Notes: generated by a model not told the origin, from the letters alone. Shown: positions 7,582 to 17,162, numbered from the stretch's first letter. The stretch: 36,240 nt of DNA from Candidatus Thorarchaeota archaeon (GCA_016839605.1 JAEOTX010000228.1:1-36240); one strand, 5' to 3'. Program-made: numbers and translations.

Positions 7582-8526
7582 ATGCTTTCATTTCTCTCTC
7601 TCTCCCCCGTTCTGGCTTTATACATAGCACTCTTGTTTCCTATCATCTTGCTATGTCTATTGGTCCTGTTCGTTCCCTTCTTGAGAAAGGAGTCTGGTGG
7701 CAGACTGCGAAGATATCTGTCATATTTCATCAATCCTCCTCGCATTGGTATGTTTCCTGGTGATTCAGATGCGAGTATGAGCGAGGGCAGAAATTATAGC
7801 TTCAAGAGAGAGATAGTGGTCAGACTCTTCCTAGTATATGCTGGTCTTGTGATTTTCTTGCTTAGCATTATGATTGGTGAGTTTTACGAAGCGATTTCTG
7901 ATGTTGTCAATGATGTATCTCAAGGGAGCACTGGCTATCTTAGAAATTGGACAAGCATAGACTTTCTCAGTCCTTTCAATGCTGGTTGGGTTGGAGGCCT
8001 ACCGTGGTATGGTATGATTCCCTATCCTCCTTGGGAAGTGAGCCTCTACCATGATTCATGGGCTTGGACCTATTCCACTGCGTTCTTTGCTGATAATCCA
8101 GGATTCTTCAGAAGTCACGCGTTGGACATGTGGATTCTGGCAATAATTTTCGCAGTAGTGTTTCTAGCTCCCCTTCTCTTCAAGTCAATACGCAAGTCGT
8201 TCATACCGTCTATCTTCTACTTAATGACAGCAATGGCTATCATTACCAGGCCTTTCTTTGGATGCTTTGCCCAAGCATGGGTTCTAGCTTCTGGTGGATC
8301 TATTAAGTATGGTATATCTATAGTGACAGCAGAATCTTTTCCCTTAATCTACGAGATGCTCTTGTTCTGCTCACCGATTATTGTTGGACTGTTCGTGCTA
8401 TTCATCGTGTTGGCACGCAGACTATGGCGGGTGCATTACAATGACACACGATCGCTAAACCGGTTTCTAACCTATGTGGCATCAAGCTACTGGATTGGAT
8501 TAATCATAACTATTCTAATGGTGTGA
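7582..8526 (+). CDS. Hypothetical multi-pass membrane protein
   Basis: About 6 hydrophobic segments and a Trp/Tyr/Pro-rich loop (WVGGLPWYGMIPYPPW). Tightly spaced within the operon. Confidence 0.75.
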   Translation: MLSFLSLSPVLALYIALLFPIILLCLLVLFVPFLRKESGGRLRRYLSYFINPPRIGMFPGDSDASMSEGRNYSFKREIVVRLFLVYAGLVIFLLSIMIGEFYEAISDVVNDVSQGSTGYLRNWTSIDFLSPFNAGWVGGLPWYGMIPYPPWEVSLYHDSWAWTYSTAFFADNPGFFRSHALDMWILAIIFAVVFLAPLLFKSIRKSFIPSIFYLMTAMAIITRPFFGCFAQAWVLASGGSIKYGISIVTAESFPLIYEMLLFCSPIIVGLFVLFIVLARRLWRVHYNDTRSLNRFLTYVASSYWIGLIITILMV

Positions 8527-9779
8527 GTCTTATGATACAAAGACAAGAAACTCTGACAATGGCATTAATCCTTCTGCTTCTGGGTACATCACTAGGTCTT
8601 GTCACCTTTGCTGATGCTAGGTCTCTAGAACCATCTCTTGGTCTATCAGACTCTCTGTCAAGGGACTATTGGCCAACAGATGATTGGCAAACTTCTGTAC
8701 CTGAGGAACAAGGAATGGATGCATCAACACTAGAAGACATGGTCGAATTCATCAACTCCACTGATCAGAGTGTTCATTCTATTGTTGTAGTCAGACATGG
8801 ATACATCGTCTTCGAGGAGGATTTTACCCCGGGCACAACTGTAGGTCGAACTAGGTCCATCTCGGGGACACACTACCTATACTCAACCACCAAGAGCTTC
8901 ACATCGTGTCTAATAGGAATGGCAATTGATCAGGGCTATATCGACAATGTCAGTCAGAAAGTTCTCTCGATTTTCCCAAATCATACAATTGCCAATTATG
9001 ATGAGAGGAAGGACCAAATCACAATTGAGAACCTTTTGACGATGAGATCTGGTCTCTCGTGGGATGAGTCAAGCGCTCCCTTCAGTTCTCCAGAGAATGA
9101 TGTCTATCATCTCAACAATGACCCTGAAGGAGGAGTACAGTACGCACTTGGTCTTCCAATGGTAGCTGATCCAGACGAGTTGTTCCATTACAACACTGGA
9201 GCGTCTCATCTGCTCTCTGGTATTGTCCAGGAAACAACTGGTATGACATCACTTGAGTTCGCATGTGAAAATCTCTTTGAGCCTCTTGGCATTACAACCT
9301 TCTATTGGCCTACAGACCGCCAGGGAGTCAATTTCGGAGGATATGATCTCCAGCTCCGTCCTCGCGACATGGCAAAGTTTGGGTATCTATTTCTGAACAA
9401 CGGAACATGGGATGGAGAACAGTTAGTTTCAGAAAATTGGGTGAATGCTTCCACGACCACAGTGACTCATCTCGATGACTATCAAGGCTATGGCTATCAA
9501 TGGTGGACGCTTCCAAGTATTGGTGTTTATCATACTGCAGGTCTATACGGTCAATACATCTTCGTTGCACCAGAACACGATCTAGTGGTGGCCTTTACTT
9601 CTGGATATCCAATCAATACCAATCCGCAGTGCATTCAGATGCTCTACGAGTACATCTTACCAGCAATATTGGAGGAGATTCCGCAGATAGACAGGTCTGA
9701 TGCTGCGTTAATCAGCATCCTAGTTGTACTGGTAGTGCCTGCAATCTTCTTCGCAGGAATTTGGATTAAGAAAAAGTGA
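8523..9779 (+). CDS. Membrane-anchored serine hydrolase, beta-lactamase class C/AmpC-like fold
   Basis: N-terminal signal/TM segment, SxxK (YSTTKSF), LLTMRSGL, FHYNT, RDMAKFGYLFLNNGTW, GYGYQWW, AGLYGQY and a C-terminal TM helix ending in KKK. Start may be ATG 8532. Confidence 0.9.
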   Translation: MSLMIQRQETLTMALILLLLGTSLGLVTFADARSLEPSLGLSDSLSRDYWPTDDWQTSVPEEQGMDASTLEDMVEFINSTDQSVHSIVVVRHGYIVFEEDFTPGTTVGRTRSISGTHYLYSTTKSFTSCLIGMAIDQGYIDNVSQKVLSIFPNHTIANYDERKDQITIENLLTMRSGLSWDESSAPFSSPENDVYHLNNDPEGGVQYALGLPMVADPDELFHYNTGASHLLSGIVQETTGMTSLEFACENLFEPLGITTFYWPTDRQGVNFGGYDLQLRPRDMAKFGYLFLNNGTWDGEQLVSENWVNASTTTVTHLDDYQGYGYQWWTLPSIGVYHTAGLYGQYIFVAPEHDLVVAFTSGYPINTNPQCIQMLYEYILPAILEEIPQIDRSDAALISILVVLVVPAIFFAGIWIKKK

Positions 9780-9789
9780 GCTGAGTAAA

Positions 9790-11121
9790 ATGAAGATAAA
9801 TGGCTTAAAACAGAGAAACCGGCAACATATCCAATATCCAGCAATGACAATACTGCTAGCTCTTCTAGTTGGCCTGACAATTCATCCTCTAGCAACAGTA
9901 GCTGCCTCGAATGATAATCTGAATCTACCGCCATTCAATCCGATGATTGGCAATCAGGTTCAAGAATTGATGACCCAGTCATATGTGCCTACAGTTACGA
10001 CTGCTGTTGTTCGAAACAACTCGATAATATGGACAAAATGCTATGGAGAGCAAACACCACTTGATACAATCTATATGACTGGATCTGTCACCAAGACCTT
10101 TACAGCAACGGCAATATTTCAACTCTATGAACGAGGGCTGATACAGCTTGATGATGATGTCAACGAATACTTGCCATTCTCTCTGAGGCATCCCAACTAT
10201 ACTGACACTCCGATAACCATCAGAATGCTGCTCATCCAGACATCTGGATTGGCCAAGGACACCGATCAATACATAGCTGGAATGGCTGAAGATGCCACTA
10301 TGAGAATAGGACTGGAGAATCCCTACGACTGGTTGCCGTTTCCGCATTGGATTGAAGCACACCTTACCCTAAATGGGTCCCTCTATGTGCCTGATGTCTG
10401 GACTCCAAATGAGCCGGGCACATCACGACACTATTCCAACCTCGGTTACAATGTGTTAGGATACATCCTGCAATTGGCCACAGGAATGCCAATTTGGGAA
10501 TATATGGAAGCGAATATCTTCACACCTCTTGAGATGCATAGCACTGGCTACAATTTTACTGAGTTCGACACCTCTCAGCTAGCTGTACCTTACATTTACC
10601 AGCTGGATGTCGATCCTCAATCTACAGGAAACAAGGCATATCCCCACTATAACTACCTGGGGTATTCTTCAGGAGCGATTCGATCCAATATCTACGATTT
10701 AGCAAGATTCCTTCTTGTCCATATGCATCGAGGCGTCTCAAATGGAACTCAAATCCTAGCTGAGGATACCATAAAACTCATGCATCAGATGGAGGCTTCT
10801 TGGCTTCGAGGTAATAGTAGTCTAGTCAATTGGGAAGGATGGGGCGGCACTGAAGGTGACATATACGGATTTCATACCAAGGCGTATGCAATTCGTGATG
10901 GCAACACGTCTGTTCCATATGCAGTGATTACATTCCTAAATCAAGGCAGTGATGATGCAAGAGATATATGCTTCTCAATCAACACATTGATTCGCCAGTA
11001 TGTTCACCGATATGATGCAATTGATAGCTACTGGCCCCATGGGATTATTCTTGTTCTGTCAATCTCCAGCATTGCGATACTGGTAGTTCTTGGTGTTCTA
11101 GCAAGAAGAAAAATGGGATAA
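9790..11121 (+). CDS. Membrane-anchored serine hydrolase, beta-lactamase/D-aminopeptidase-like fold
   Basis: Signal peptide, SxxK (GSVTKTFTA), ITIRMLLIQTSGL, YxN (HYSNLGY), SNIYDLARFL and a C-terminal TM helix followed by RRK. Confidence 0.9.
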   Translation: MKINGLKQRNRQHIQYPAMTILLALLVGLTIHPLATVAASNDNLNLPPFNPMIGNQVQELMTQSYVPTVTTAVVRNNSIIWTKCYGEQTPLDTIYMTGSVTKTFTATAIFQLYERGLIQLDDDVNEYLPFSLRHPNYTDTPITIRMLLIQTSGLAKDTDQYIAGMAEDATMRIGLENPYDWLPFPHWIEAHLTLNGSLYVPDVWTPNEPGTSRHYSNLGYNVLGYILQLATGMPIWEYMEANIFTPLEMHSTGYNFTEFDTSQLAVPYIYQLDVDPQSTGNKAYPHYNYLGYSSGAIRSNIYDLARFLLVHMHRGVSNGTQILAEDTIKLMHQMEASWLRGNSSLVNWEGWGGTEGDIYGFHTKAYAIRDGNTSVPYAVITFLNQGSDDARDICFSINTLIRQYVHRYDAIDSYWPHGIILVLSISSIAILVVLGVLARRKMG

Positions 11122-11153
11122 CACTTACATCACCTGCCCGCCTTCTCAACTCA

Positions 11154-12116
11154 ATGTTTGAAGAAAATAATCCGCCTGACATCGAAGAATCCGTTGTTCG
11201 AGAGGCCATACAGAAGTGCTTTCCTAAGATACCGGATCCAGCAGTCCGATTCTTCTATCATGGTACCTACAATGTTTACATAGTTGAGGAGGAGTATCTA
11301 TTCAGGTTCCCGAGTACGATTCTTCCTATGGATGATCAACATAGGCTTGTTCGTAGAGAGGCTTCGCTTTTGCAGAGACTTCGAGGTCATCTCACATTTG
11401 AGATTCCTAATCCTGAGTTTGTTAATGTGGAGTCTGACACCCCCTTCATGGGCTATCGGAAGATTCCCGGCGTATCATTGTCAAGACATTTCGACTCAAC
11501 AACAGCTGAGCAACGACGATTCCTGGGAGAACAAGTGGGTGGATTTCTCAGTCAGCTTCATGCCATAGATGGGGGCGATCTTGGATTGGGTGAAGAGGGT
11601 TCATACCAGCCAAAAGACAGCCAGAGGGAGTGTCGGGAAGTCTTTGTCCGAGTTCAGAATGCTATCTTTTCACGGTTATCCAAATCTGAGAAAGAATGGA
11701 CTGAGAACCTATTCCATGAATTCTTGGACTCTGAAAAGAACTTCGGGTTTGAACCAGTCTTAATTCACGGAGATTTCGATACATCCAACATCTTAGTCGA
11801 CCCATCAACATACACCATCACTGGAATCATTGACTTTGAAGAGTCTCGCGTCCATGACCCCGCTGCTGATTTCATCTTTCTGAGTGAAGGCGTTGAATTT
11901 CTCACAAGTTTACTGGATGCTTACACGGGGAAGATCGATTCTCAGCTTGGTGAGCGTGTTCTATTCAGGCTTGGAAGACAACCATTCATCTATATTCTGT
12001 GGGGAATGGAACATGACCTTGAAGCTATGGTGACCTATGGGTATGCTACACTTAGGGATTTCATAGCAAACTGGAACAGCTACGTCTCTGTGGCAAAGCA
12101 GTGTTTCAAGTTCTAG
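11154..12116 (+). CDS. Aminoglycoside phosphotransferase (APH)/choline-kinase-like phosphotransferase
   Basis: YLFRFP, Brenner-type HGDFDTSNILVD, GIIDFEE and DPAADF. Confidence 0.88.
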   Translation: MFEENNPPDIEESVVREAIQKCFPKIPDPAVRFFYHGTYNVYIVEEEYLFRFPSTILPMDDQHRLVRREASLLQRLRGHLTFEIPNPEFVNVESDTPFMGYRKIPGVSLSRHFDSTTAEQRRFLGEQVGGFLSQLHAIDGGDLGLGEEGSYQPKDSQRECREVFVRVQNAIFSRLSKSEKEWTENLFHEFLDSEKNFGFEPVLIHGDFDTSNILVDPSTYTITGIIDFEESRVHDPAADFIFLSEGVEFLTSLLDAYTGKIDSQLGERVLFRLGRQPFIYILWGMEHDLEAMVTYGYATLRDFIANWNSYVSVAKQCFKF

Positions 12117-12592
12117 ATGTTGTAATATTCCATGATTTGAAGGGCATGACCCCCCTCATGGCCCTCTCCTTTGTATCTATAACCAAAGAGTGATGCCATG
12201 GTCACAGCCGATCCATCGGCCCAGCTAAGTCCGGTGTCGCTGTTCCATTCTTCTGCGGTTATCTCCTCAATTCTGTGCACGAGGGAGTCGAATGACTTCT
12301 CCCACTCATCTAGTACCTCCTCTAGGGACCATACACGCCTTTTCTCAACCTCAACAACGTTGAACGCAGTCTCCCCCTTCGTGAGATACCAGGGGGCTTT
12401 CTTTTCAATAACATCATCTATGGACTTCGCAATCTCCCAGTTCCATGCGGAAATATGAGCAATGACATCCTTGACGGACCAGTCCCCCATTACTAAATCA
12501 TTGACAATCTGTGATTCAGTGAGTTTCGCTATAGTCTGCTTGAGTTTCCTGTGGTCCTCCCGAAAGAACCTCAAGATAGCTCCTTGATTCAT
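12113..12592 (-). CDS. DinB-superfamily four-helix-bundle protein (ClbS/DfsB- or maleylpyruvate-isomerase-like)
   Basis: WSVKDVIAHISAW motif and C-terminal HEGGHALQI metal-binding histidines. Confidence 0.8.
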   Translation of the reverse strand: MNQGAILRFFREDHRKLKQTIAKLTESQIVNDLVMGDWSVKDVIAHISAWNWEIAKSIDDVIEKKAPWYLTKGETAFNVVEVEKRRVWSLEEVLDEWEKSFDSLVHRIEEITAEEWNSDTGLSWADGSAVTMASLFGYRYKGEGHEGGHALQIMEYYNI

Positions 12593-12666
12593 GTTGCAGT
12601 TCCTCCAGGGATTTAGAACACGAGGAACTGATGTCTACTCTGATATGAATGCTAGCTTGAACATGA

Positions 12667-13128
12667 TTACTTGAGCAATTCCAGCCCTATTGTCTTGCCA
12701 AACTCCTTTCCTTTCACTGCGTCTTCCGCGTTTAGGGGGCCTTCGTAACCATCAACTAGTGCTGAGAATCCCGGTGCGACTAATCGTGCTCCTGGAGCCT
12801 TTTTCATCAAGAGAGCCTCCATCTTTCTCAACGCCTTTCCATCGTGATTGCCCATGTAAGTTTCAAAAGTGGTGACAATCTTTCCATCCAGACCCTCCTT
12901 GGATGCTTTCTTTATTGCTCCAGTGATGCCGCGAGTTGCTCGCATGATATGGACTGGACATCCGAAAAGAACAGCATCAAAGGAAGCTACCTCGCCCTTA
13001 TCCAAGTCCTTGATATTCTCGACTTTGCATTGTATTCCCCCTGCCTCATGGATGCCTGCAGCAATCTCATTAGCGAGTTTCTTCGTATTTCCGAATTTGG
13101 AGTCATATACAATTAGTACATTCTTCAT
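12667..13128 (-). CDS. Flavodoxin-domain protein (copy 1)
   Basis: FMN-binding loop VYDSKFGNTKKLA and FDAVLFGCPVH. About 60% identical by manual alignment to 14329-14784. Confidence 0.9.
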   Translation of the reverse strand: MKNVLIVYDSKFGNTKKLANEIAAGIHEAGGIQCKVENIKDLDKGEVASFDAVLFGCPVHIMRATRGITGAIKKASKEGLDGKIVTTFETYMGNHDGKALRKMEALLMKKAPGARLVAPGFSALVDGYEGPLNAEDAVKGKEFGKTIGLELLK

Positions 13129-13363
13129 CAGATGTTCCGCCTCTCTAAGCTCAGAAGGATTAGACTGGCTTATAGGATTTGGCTAAGGCCTCTCGCTAAT
13201 TGAGGTTTAATAACACTCAAAGAAGATGAATTCATGCATGGTGCGCCACTAGTGTTTCTTGCATCCCTGCCAAGCCACCAGTGACGCGTTAGCCCCTCGG
13301 GTGTGGTAGTAAGGAGCCACATCTGAATGGCCACAGATACATTTGGCTTCTTGGGTCTAGAAA

Positions 13364-14089
13364 CTAAATGGAGAGAGAGTAAACGCTCTGGGGTTCAAGG
13401 CCTAGGTCCGCGTCTAGTTCTCTAGCAAAATGGAAGCACTTCTCAGCTAATTCTCTGTCAGTTTCTCTAATGGTGGCTGCATTCATAGCGAAGAGCCTTG
13501 CCATCACAACTTGGTCGTCATACTTCCGAGCTACTTTCAAGACATCATTCAGCGATTCATAAGATTCGCTTTCTTTTCGCCCTTGCATCATTACATGATA
13601 GATACCCGGAATGAAACACTCTAGGTCTGTCTCAGCCTGAATGAGCTCACGCATACTTGTTTGGGCTTGCCGTGTTTCGCTTACATCGTTAAAGGCATTG
13701 TAGCATTGCCATAGGCGAAGAAGCAGATCCAAAAGTATCCAGCTTTGCGGTCTCGTTTCAAACGCCTCATTGAGAGACTCGGCCACCTTCACCATCGGCA
13801 TCTCCCCATAATTATGCCTCAAGTGTAAGAGATAGTATGGACGAGCTAGTACCGAACTCGGGTATTTCTTGACAAGTCTAGGTATTGTGTTGATCCCGCC
13901 ATAATGTAACGCAAGTCTAGCTGAAAGGTAGACACGTTCATCGTGACTCTCTTCAATTATCACTGCATTACAAAAACGCCTGACGAATTCCTTGTAGTTA
14001 GTTGCAGCATCCATCTCATTTGCCAGCATGATTTGGGTGCCGGGGTCCACGAACTTGTAGTATTTCGTTATCGAGCCGAGTGACTTCAT
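13364..14089 (-). CDS. Hypothetical alpha-helical protein, similar to the N-terminal part of Thorarchaeia TPR-like proteins
   Basis: Long ORF. Start at ATG 14089 gives MKSLGSITKYYKFVD...NYKEFV. Ends with one TPR-like helix pair (VMARLFAMNAATIRETDRELAEKCFHFAREL). Confidence 0.65.
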   Translation of the reverse strand: MKSLGSITKYYKFVDPGTQIMLANEMDAATNYKEFVRRFCNAVIIEESHDERVYLSARLALHYGGINTIPRLVKKYPSSVLARPYYLLHLRHNYGEMPMVKVAESLNEAFETRPQSWILLDLLLRLWQCYNAFNDVSETRQAQTSMRELIQAETDLECFIPGIYHVMMQGRKESESYESLNDVLKVARKYDDQVVMARLFAMNAATIRETDRELAEKCFHFARELDADLGLEPQSVYSLSI

Positions 14090-14274
14090 CTCCCTATCCT
14101 GACGAATATTGCAGAAAGCGTTGAAAAACATGTTGCTTCTTTTTTAATCGTCGGCCTTTAGGAAAAAAGGCGAGTTGCTACGCTTTATGTCTGCTAGAAA
14201 TCTAATGATGTTTCTGAATCAACTCTCCTTGCGTCCATAGGAAAACTGCAAGACCAAACACAGTGGTTCCATCT

Positions 14275-14317
14275 AACAAAAGGAGGACCTGAGTAGACAG
14301 ACTACGCTGCCACTCAG
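14275..14317 (-). terminator. Possible hairpin plus U-rich terminator after flavodoxin copy 2
   Basis: CTGAGT (14289-14294)/ACTCAG (14312-14317) stem with inner CAG/CTG pairing, followed on the minus strand by GTCCTCCTTTTGTT. Confidence 0.35.
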
Positions 14318-14328
14318 TCTGAAAACAG

Positions 14329-14784
14329 CTAGAGAATCTCTTGCCCGATATTCTTTCCAAACTCTCGTGCCTTGGGAATCTCCTCTTCACTCAGTGGCCC
14401 TCGGAAGCCTTTCACGCGTCCAGAGAATCCAGGAGTGATCAGGCGTGCATCAGGAGAAACCTTAGTCAGGAGACTCTCCATGTTTCTGACAGCTCTTCCC
14501 TCATGCCCCATGTGTGTGTCAAAAGTGCTTACTATCTTTCCATCGAGACCTGCCTTTGCAGCTTTCTTGATTGCGCCCTTGATTCCGCGAGTCGCTTGTG
14601 CTCCATGCACGGGACAGCCAAAAAGAATAGCATCAAATCTTGAAACATCTTTTCCGTTCAGTTCCTTGTGATTCACGACTTCGCATGAGATTTCGCCGGC
14701 ATCTTGAATCCCAGCTGCAATCTCCTCAGCTAGTTCCTTTGTGCTCCCAAATGTGGTGTTATAGACTACTAGTGCGTGCTTCAT
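14329..14784 (-). CDS. Flavodoxin-domain protein (copy 2)
   Basis: VYNTTFGSTKELA and FDAILFGCPVH. Divergent from the radical SAM gene. Confidence 0.9.
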   Translation of the reverse strand: MKHALVVYNTTFGSTKELAEEIAAGIQDAGEISCEVVNHKELNGKDVSRFDAILFGCPVHGAQATRGIKGAIKKAAKAGLDGKIVSTFDTHMGHEGRAVRNMESLLTKVSPDARLITPGFSGRVKGFRGPLSEEEIPKAREFGKNIGQEIL

Positions 14785-14856
14785 GATAATTCATCTCCCC
14801 TATGACGTGTTTCTCATAGGTTGGTTGTGTTGATTGTTATACAATAGAATTTAAAC

Positions 14857-14933
14857 GTTTGCAAATTATGCAACGTTTGGCGTTTACCAAACACTTTATA
14901 AATAAATAGTTCTATGTTTGATATGTACCAAAC
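14857..14933 (+). promoter_or_regulatory. TATA box flanked by 18-bp palindromic operator-like sites in a divergent promoter region
   Basis: GTTTG-N8-CAAAC at 14875-14892 and 14916-14933, plus an imperfect abutting copy at 14857-14874. TTTATAAA lies at 14895-14902, between the two best sites. Confidence 0.65.
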
Positions 14934-14951
14934 GTTACGAAGTGAAGCGAG

Positions 14952-16163
14952 ATGGTAACAACTCTCAAACAGCACGCCAATGGAATCCGACCAACAGGAC
15001 TCGTGGATCGAGTTCTTGATGGTCTTGACTCTAATATGACTCGCCTCTTTGTGCCGTGGGTAGCACGCCATCCACGGTATCTAGGAGCTGGCCTCAGACT
15101 CGCACGATCATACAAGAAGACTGAGAAGCTCCGGCGAGAGGCACTGAAGGCTGGACTGAGAGTTCCTCCCTTCTTGATTCTCAGCATCACCTCACAGTGT
15201 AACTTGAGCTGTGTTGGATGTTATGCCGCTGCAGTAGGCACACTTGAAAGCAGACGCCCTACAGACTGCTCGCAGACTAGGCCTGCTCTTGGCTACAGTC
15301 AGTGGCGCGACATCATTGCAGATGCAAGCGAACTTGGGGTATTCTCCTTTATCATAGCTGGCGGTGAGCCCTTCCTGTTCCGTGGACTTGTCCAACTGTG
15401 TGAGGAATTCGAAGATCGATTCTTCGTCATCCTCACCAATGGAACTGCTCTCACGGTTAGCGACTATGCACGCCTGAAAAAGACGAAGAACATTGCAGTT
15501 ATCGTCAGTGTTGAGGGTAGTGAAGAGCTCACCGATTCCCGGAGAGGTAAGGGAGTACACAAGCAAGCTATGGAGACCCTGGCTAAACTGAAGTCCATCG
15601 GAGTTCCCTCTGGCATTTCAGTCACGATAACCAGAAAGAACTACGAATATTGGATGCAGCCGGAGAACCTGGACCGCTTTGTGGAACTGGGTGTCTTGGT
15701 AGGTGTCTTTATAGAATACATTCCGATGATGCATGAGAATTTGACTGGAACCGGTCACGAGTCTATGAACGATAAGGCTGAATTGATGCTTACAGCAGTG
15801 GAGAGGGATGAGTTCCGATCTAAGGTCCTTGAGTACCGCAGAGAGAATTCCTTCTATGTCATCCACTCTCCTGGAGATGAGGATTACTTTGGCGGATGTG
15901 TATCTGCGGGTCGAGGATTCGCGCATGTCACTCCTTCAGGCGATCTTACCGCATGTCCTGTTTCCAACCTAGCCACGCACAACCTCTCCACTGCATCCTT
16001 CAGGGCTGGACTAGCAAGTCCGTTGTTTACAGCAATTCGTGAGAATGAACACCTCCTCACAAACGAGGACACACCCTGTGCACTCTTTGGCCATCCTGAT
16101 GAAGTCCAAGAGATTGCTAAGTCGGTGGGCGCTTACACGACCGATAGTTTGGAAGTTACATAA
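14952..16163 (+). CDS. Radical SAM protein with C-terminal twitch/SPASM-like region
   Basis: CxxxCxxC (QCNLSCVGCYA), GGEPF, ILTNGT, SVEG, GCVSAGRGFAHVTPSGDLTACP and a C-terminal TPCAL. Confidence 0.92.
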   Translation: MVTTLKQHANGIRPTGLVDRVLDGLDSNMTRLFVPWVARHPRYLGAGLRLARSYKKTEKLRREALKAGLRVPPFLILSITSQCNLSCVGCYAAAVGTLESRRPTDCSQTRPALGYSQWRDIIADASELGVFSFIIAGGEPFLFRGLVQLCEEFEDRFFVILTNGTALTVSDYARLKKTKNIAVIVSVEGSEELTDSRRGKGVHKQAMETLAKLKSIGVPSGISVTITRKNYEYWMQPENLDRFVELGVLVGVFIEYIPMMHENLTGTGHESMNDKAELMLTAVERDEFRSKVLEYRRENSFYVIHSPGDEDYFGGCVSAGRGFAHVTPSGDLTACPVSNLATHNLSTASFRAGLASPLFTAIRENEHLLTNEDTPCALFGHPDEVQEIAKSVGAYTTDSLEVT

Positions 16164-16177
16164 TTTAGGTGAAAACA

Positions 16178-17089
16178 ATGTCTACGTCATTCAACACAAT
16201 TGTTGACGATCTGAAGTCGAGCTTTGGGCTCGCAAAGGACAACATTCTCAGCTATTTCTTAGCTAATCTAGGAATGCTGATTGCAGTTGCCCTTTTACTG
16301 GGATTAGTGATGATACCGATTTTGGCTGCCGCTTTATTACTAGTTGGAACCAATCCAGCAACATGGGAAGCGGTTGGTCTAGGGCTCACAGTTTGGGCTG
16401 AGAGCAATCCATGGGCAGTTGGTGGAGTAGCAATTCTATTCCTCATCCCCTTTGTTGCTCTATTCCTGACTGTGGTCGGTTCAATCTATGGCATGAGCAA
16501 GGATCTTATCGCACATGGTGAGACCAAGGCTGAGAGAGCCTTTTCCTGGTTCAGGCATAAGTTCCTGACCTTTGCTGGTGCAGGAGTCCTTCTGACGATA
16601 ATCATTATCCTTCCTCCTTTGGTTGTCTGGGGCTCTATATCCATACTCATGGGTTACAGCATCCCCGTTTCTCTCATTCCTCTCTTCTCAGTGTCTACAT
16701 TCGTCTGGGTCTTCCTCACAGTTGGCCTATGCGCAATGGTGTTCCCTGCCATCACATATGGTAAGGGAGTTCAGGATGCCTTCAAGGAGTCCTTTCAACT
16801 GGCACGAGAGCGCTTTGATCATGTCTATGGTCTACTGAGTGCTATAGTGGTTCTAGCCATTGCATCATATGGTCCAGTTATCATCTGGGGCCTCACTGTA
16901 CCTTTCTCTGGCGCAGTTATGGCGTTTGATGCTGTGGCTATGGCAATCATGGTCTGGACGGTCTTTGTGACCTTCCTATGGCTCTTGGTCCTATTGCCCA
17001 TGACGATTATCGCATTCACGAAAGTCTATGCCGAGATGACCGGTGGTCAGGTGGCAACCCAGAAGCCTCTCCCCATTCCCCTAGTATAG
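16178..17089 (+). CDS. Multi-pass membrane protein, diverged paralog of 6030-6947 and 17163-18095
   Basis: SD AGGTGA at 16167-16172 favours ATG 16178. Blocks DDLKSSFGLAKDNILSYFL, GSIYGMSKDLIAHGETKAERAFSWFRHKFLTFAGAG and MVFPAI. Confidence 0.85.
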   Translation: MSTSFNTIVDDLKSSFGLAKDNILSYFLANLGMLIAVALLLGLVMIPILAAALLLVGTNPATWEAVGLGLTVWAESNPWAVGGVAILFLIPFVALFLTVVGSIYGMSKDLIAHGETKAERAFSWFRHKFLTFAGAGVLLTIIIILPPLVVWGSISILMGYSIPVSLIPLFSVSTFVWVFLTVGLCAMVFPAITYGKGVQDAFKESFQLARERFDHVYGLLSAIVVLAIASYGPVIIWGLTVPFSGAVMAFDAVAMAIMVWTVFVTFLWLLVLLPMTIIAFTKVYAEMTGGQVATQKPLPIPLV

Positions 17090-17103
17090 GAGGTTTCTAA
17101 ACT

Positions 17104-17159
17104 GAGGGTGCCTCGAATGACTTTTCAAAGAGGCACTCTCTACCATTTTATTGGGTGAT
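17104..17159 (+). promoter_or_regulatory. Intra-operon hairpin followed by a U-rich stretch and the SD
   Basis: 11-bp stem GAGGGTGCCTC (17104-17114)/GAGGCACTCTC (17130-17140), then TACCATTTTATT and GGGTGAT before ATG 17163. Confidence 0.5.
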
Positions 17160-17162
17160 ACA

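Noticed and set aside
8523-12116. Calling these genes true beta-lactamases and an aminoglycoside resistance kinase
   Set aside because: Fold-level motifs do not establish substrate, and most members of these superfamilies are not resistance enzymes.
13129-13363. Intergenic region with a weak hairpin (about 13314-13350), possible tRNA or sRNA
   Set aside because: No cloverleaf, T-loop or convincing C/D boxes, and the pairing is short and interrupted.
14204-14217. ATGATG...CTGA resembling C and D boxes
   Set aside because: The C box is imperfect and the two motifs are only a few nt apart, too short for a guide sRNA.
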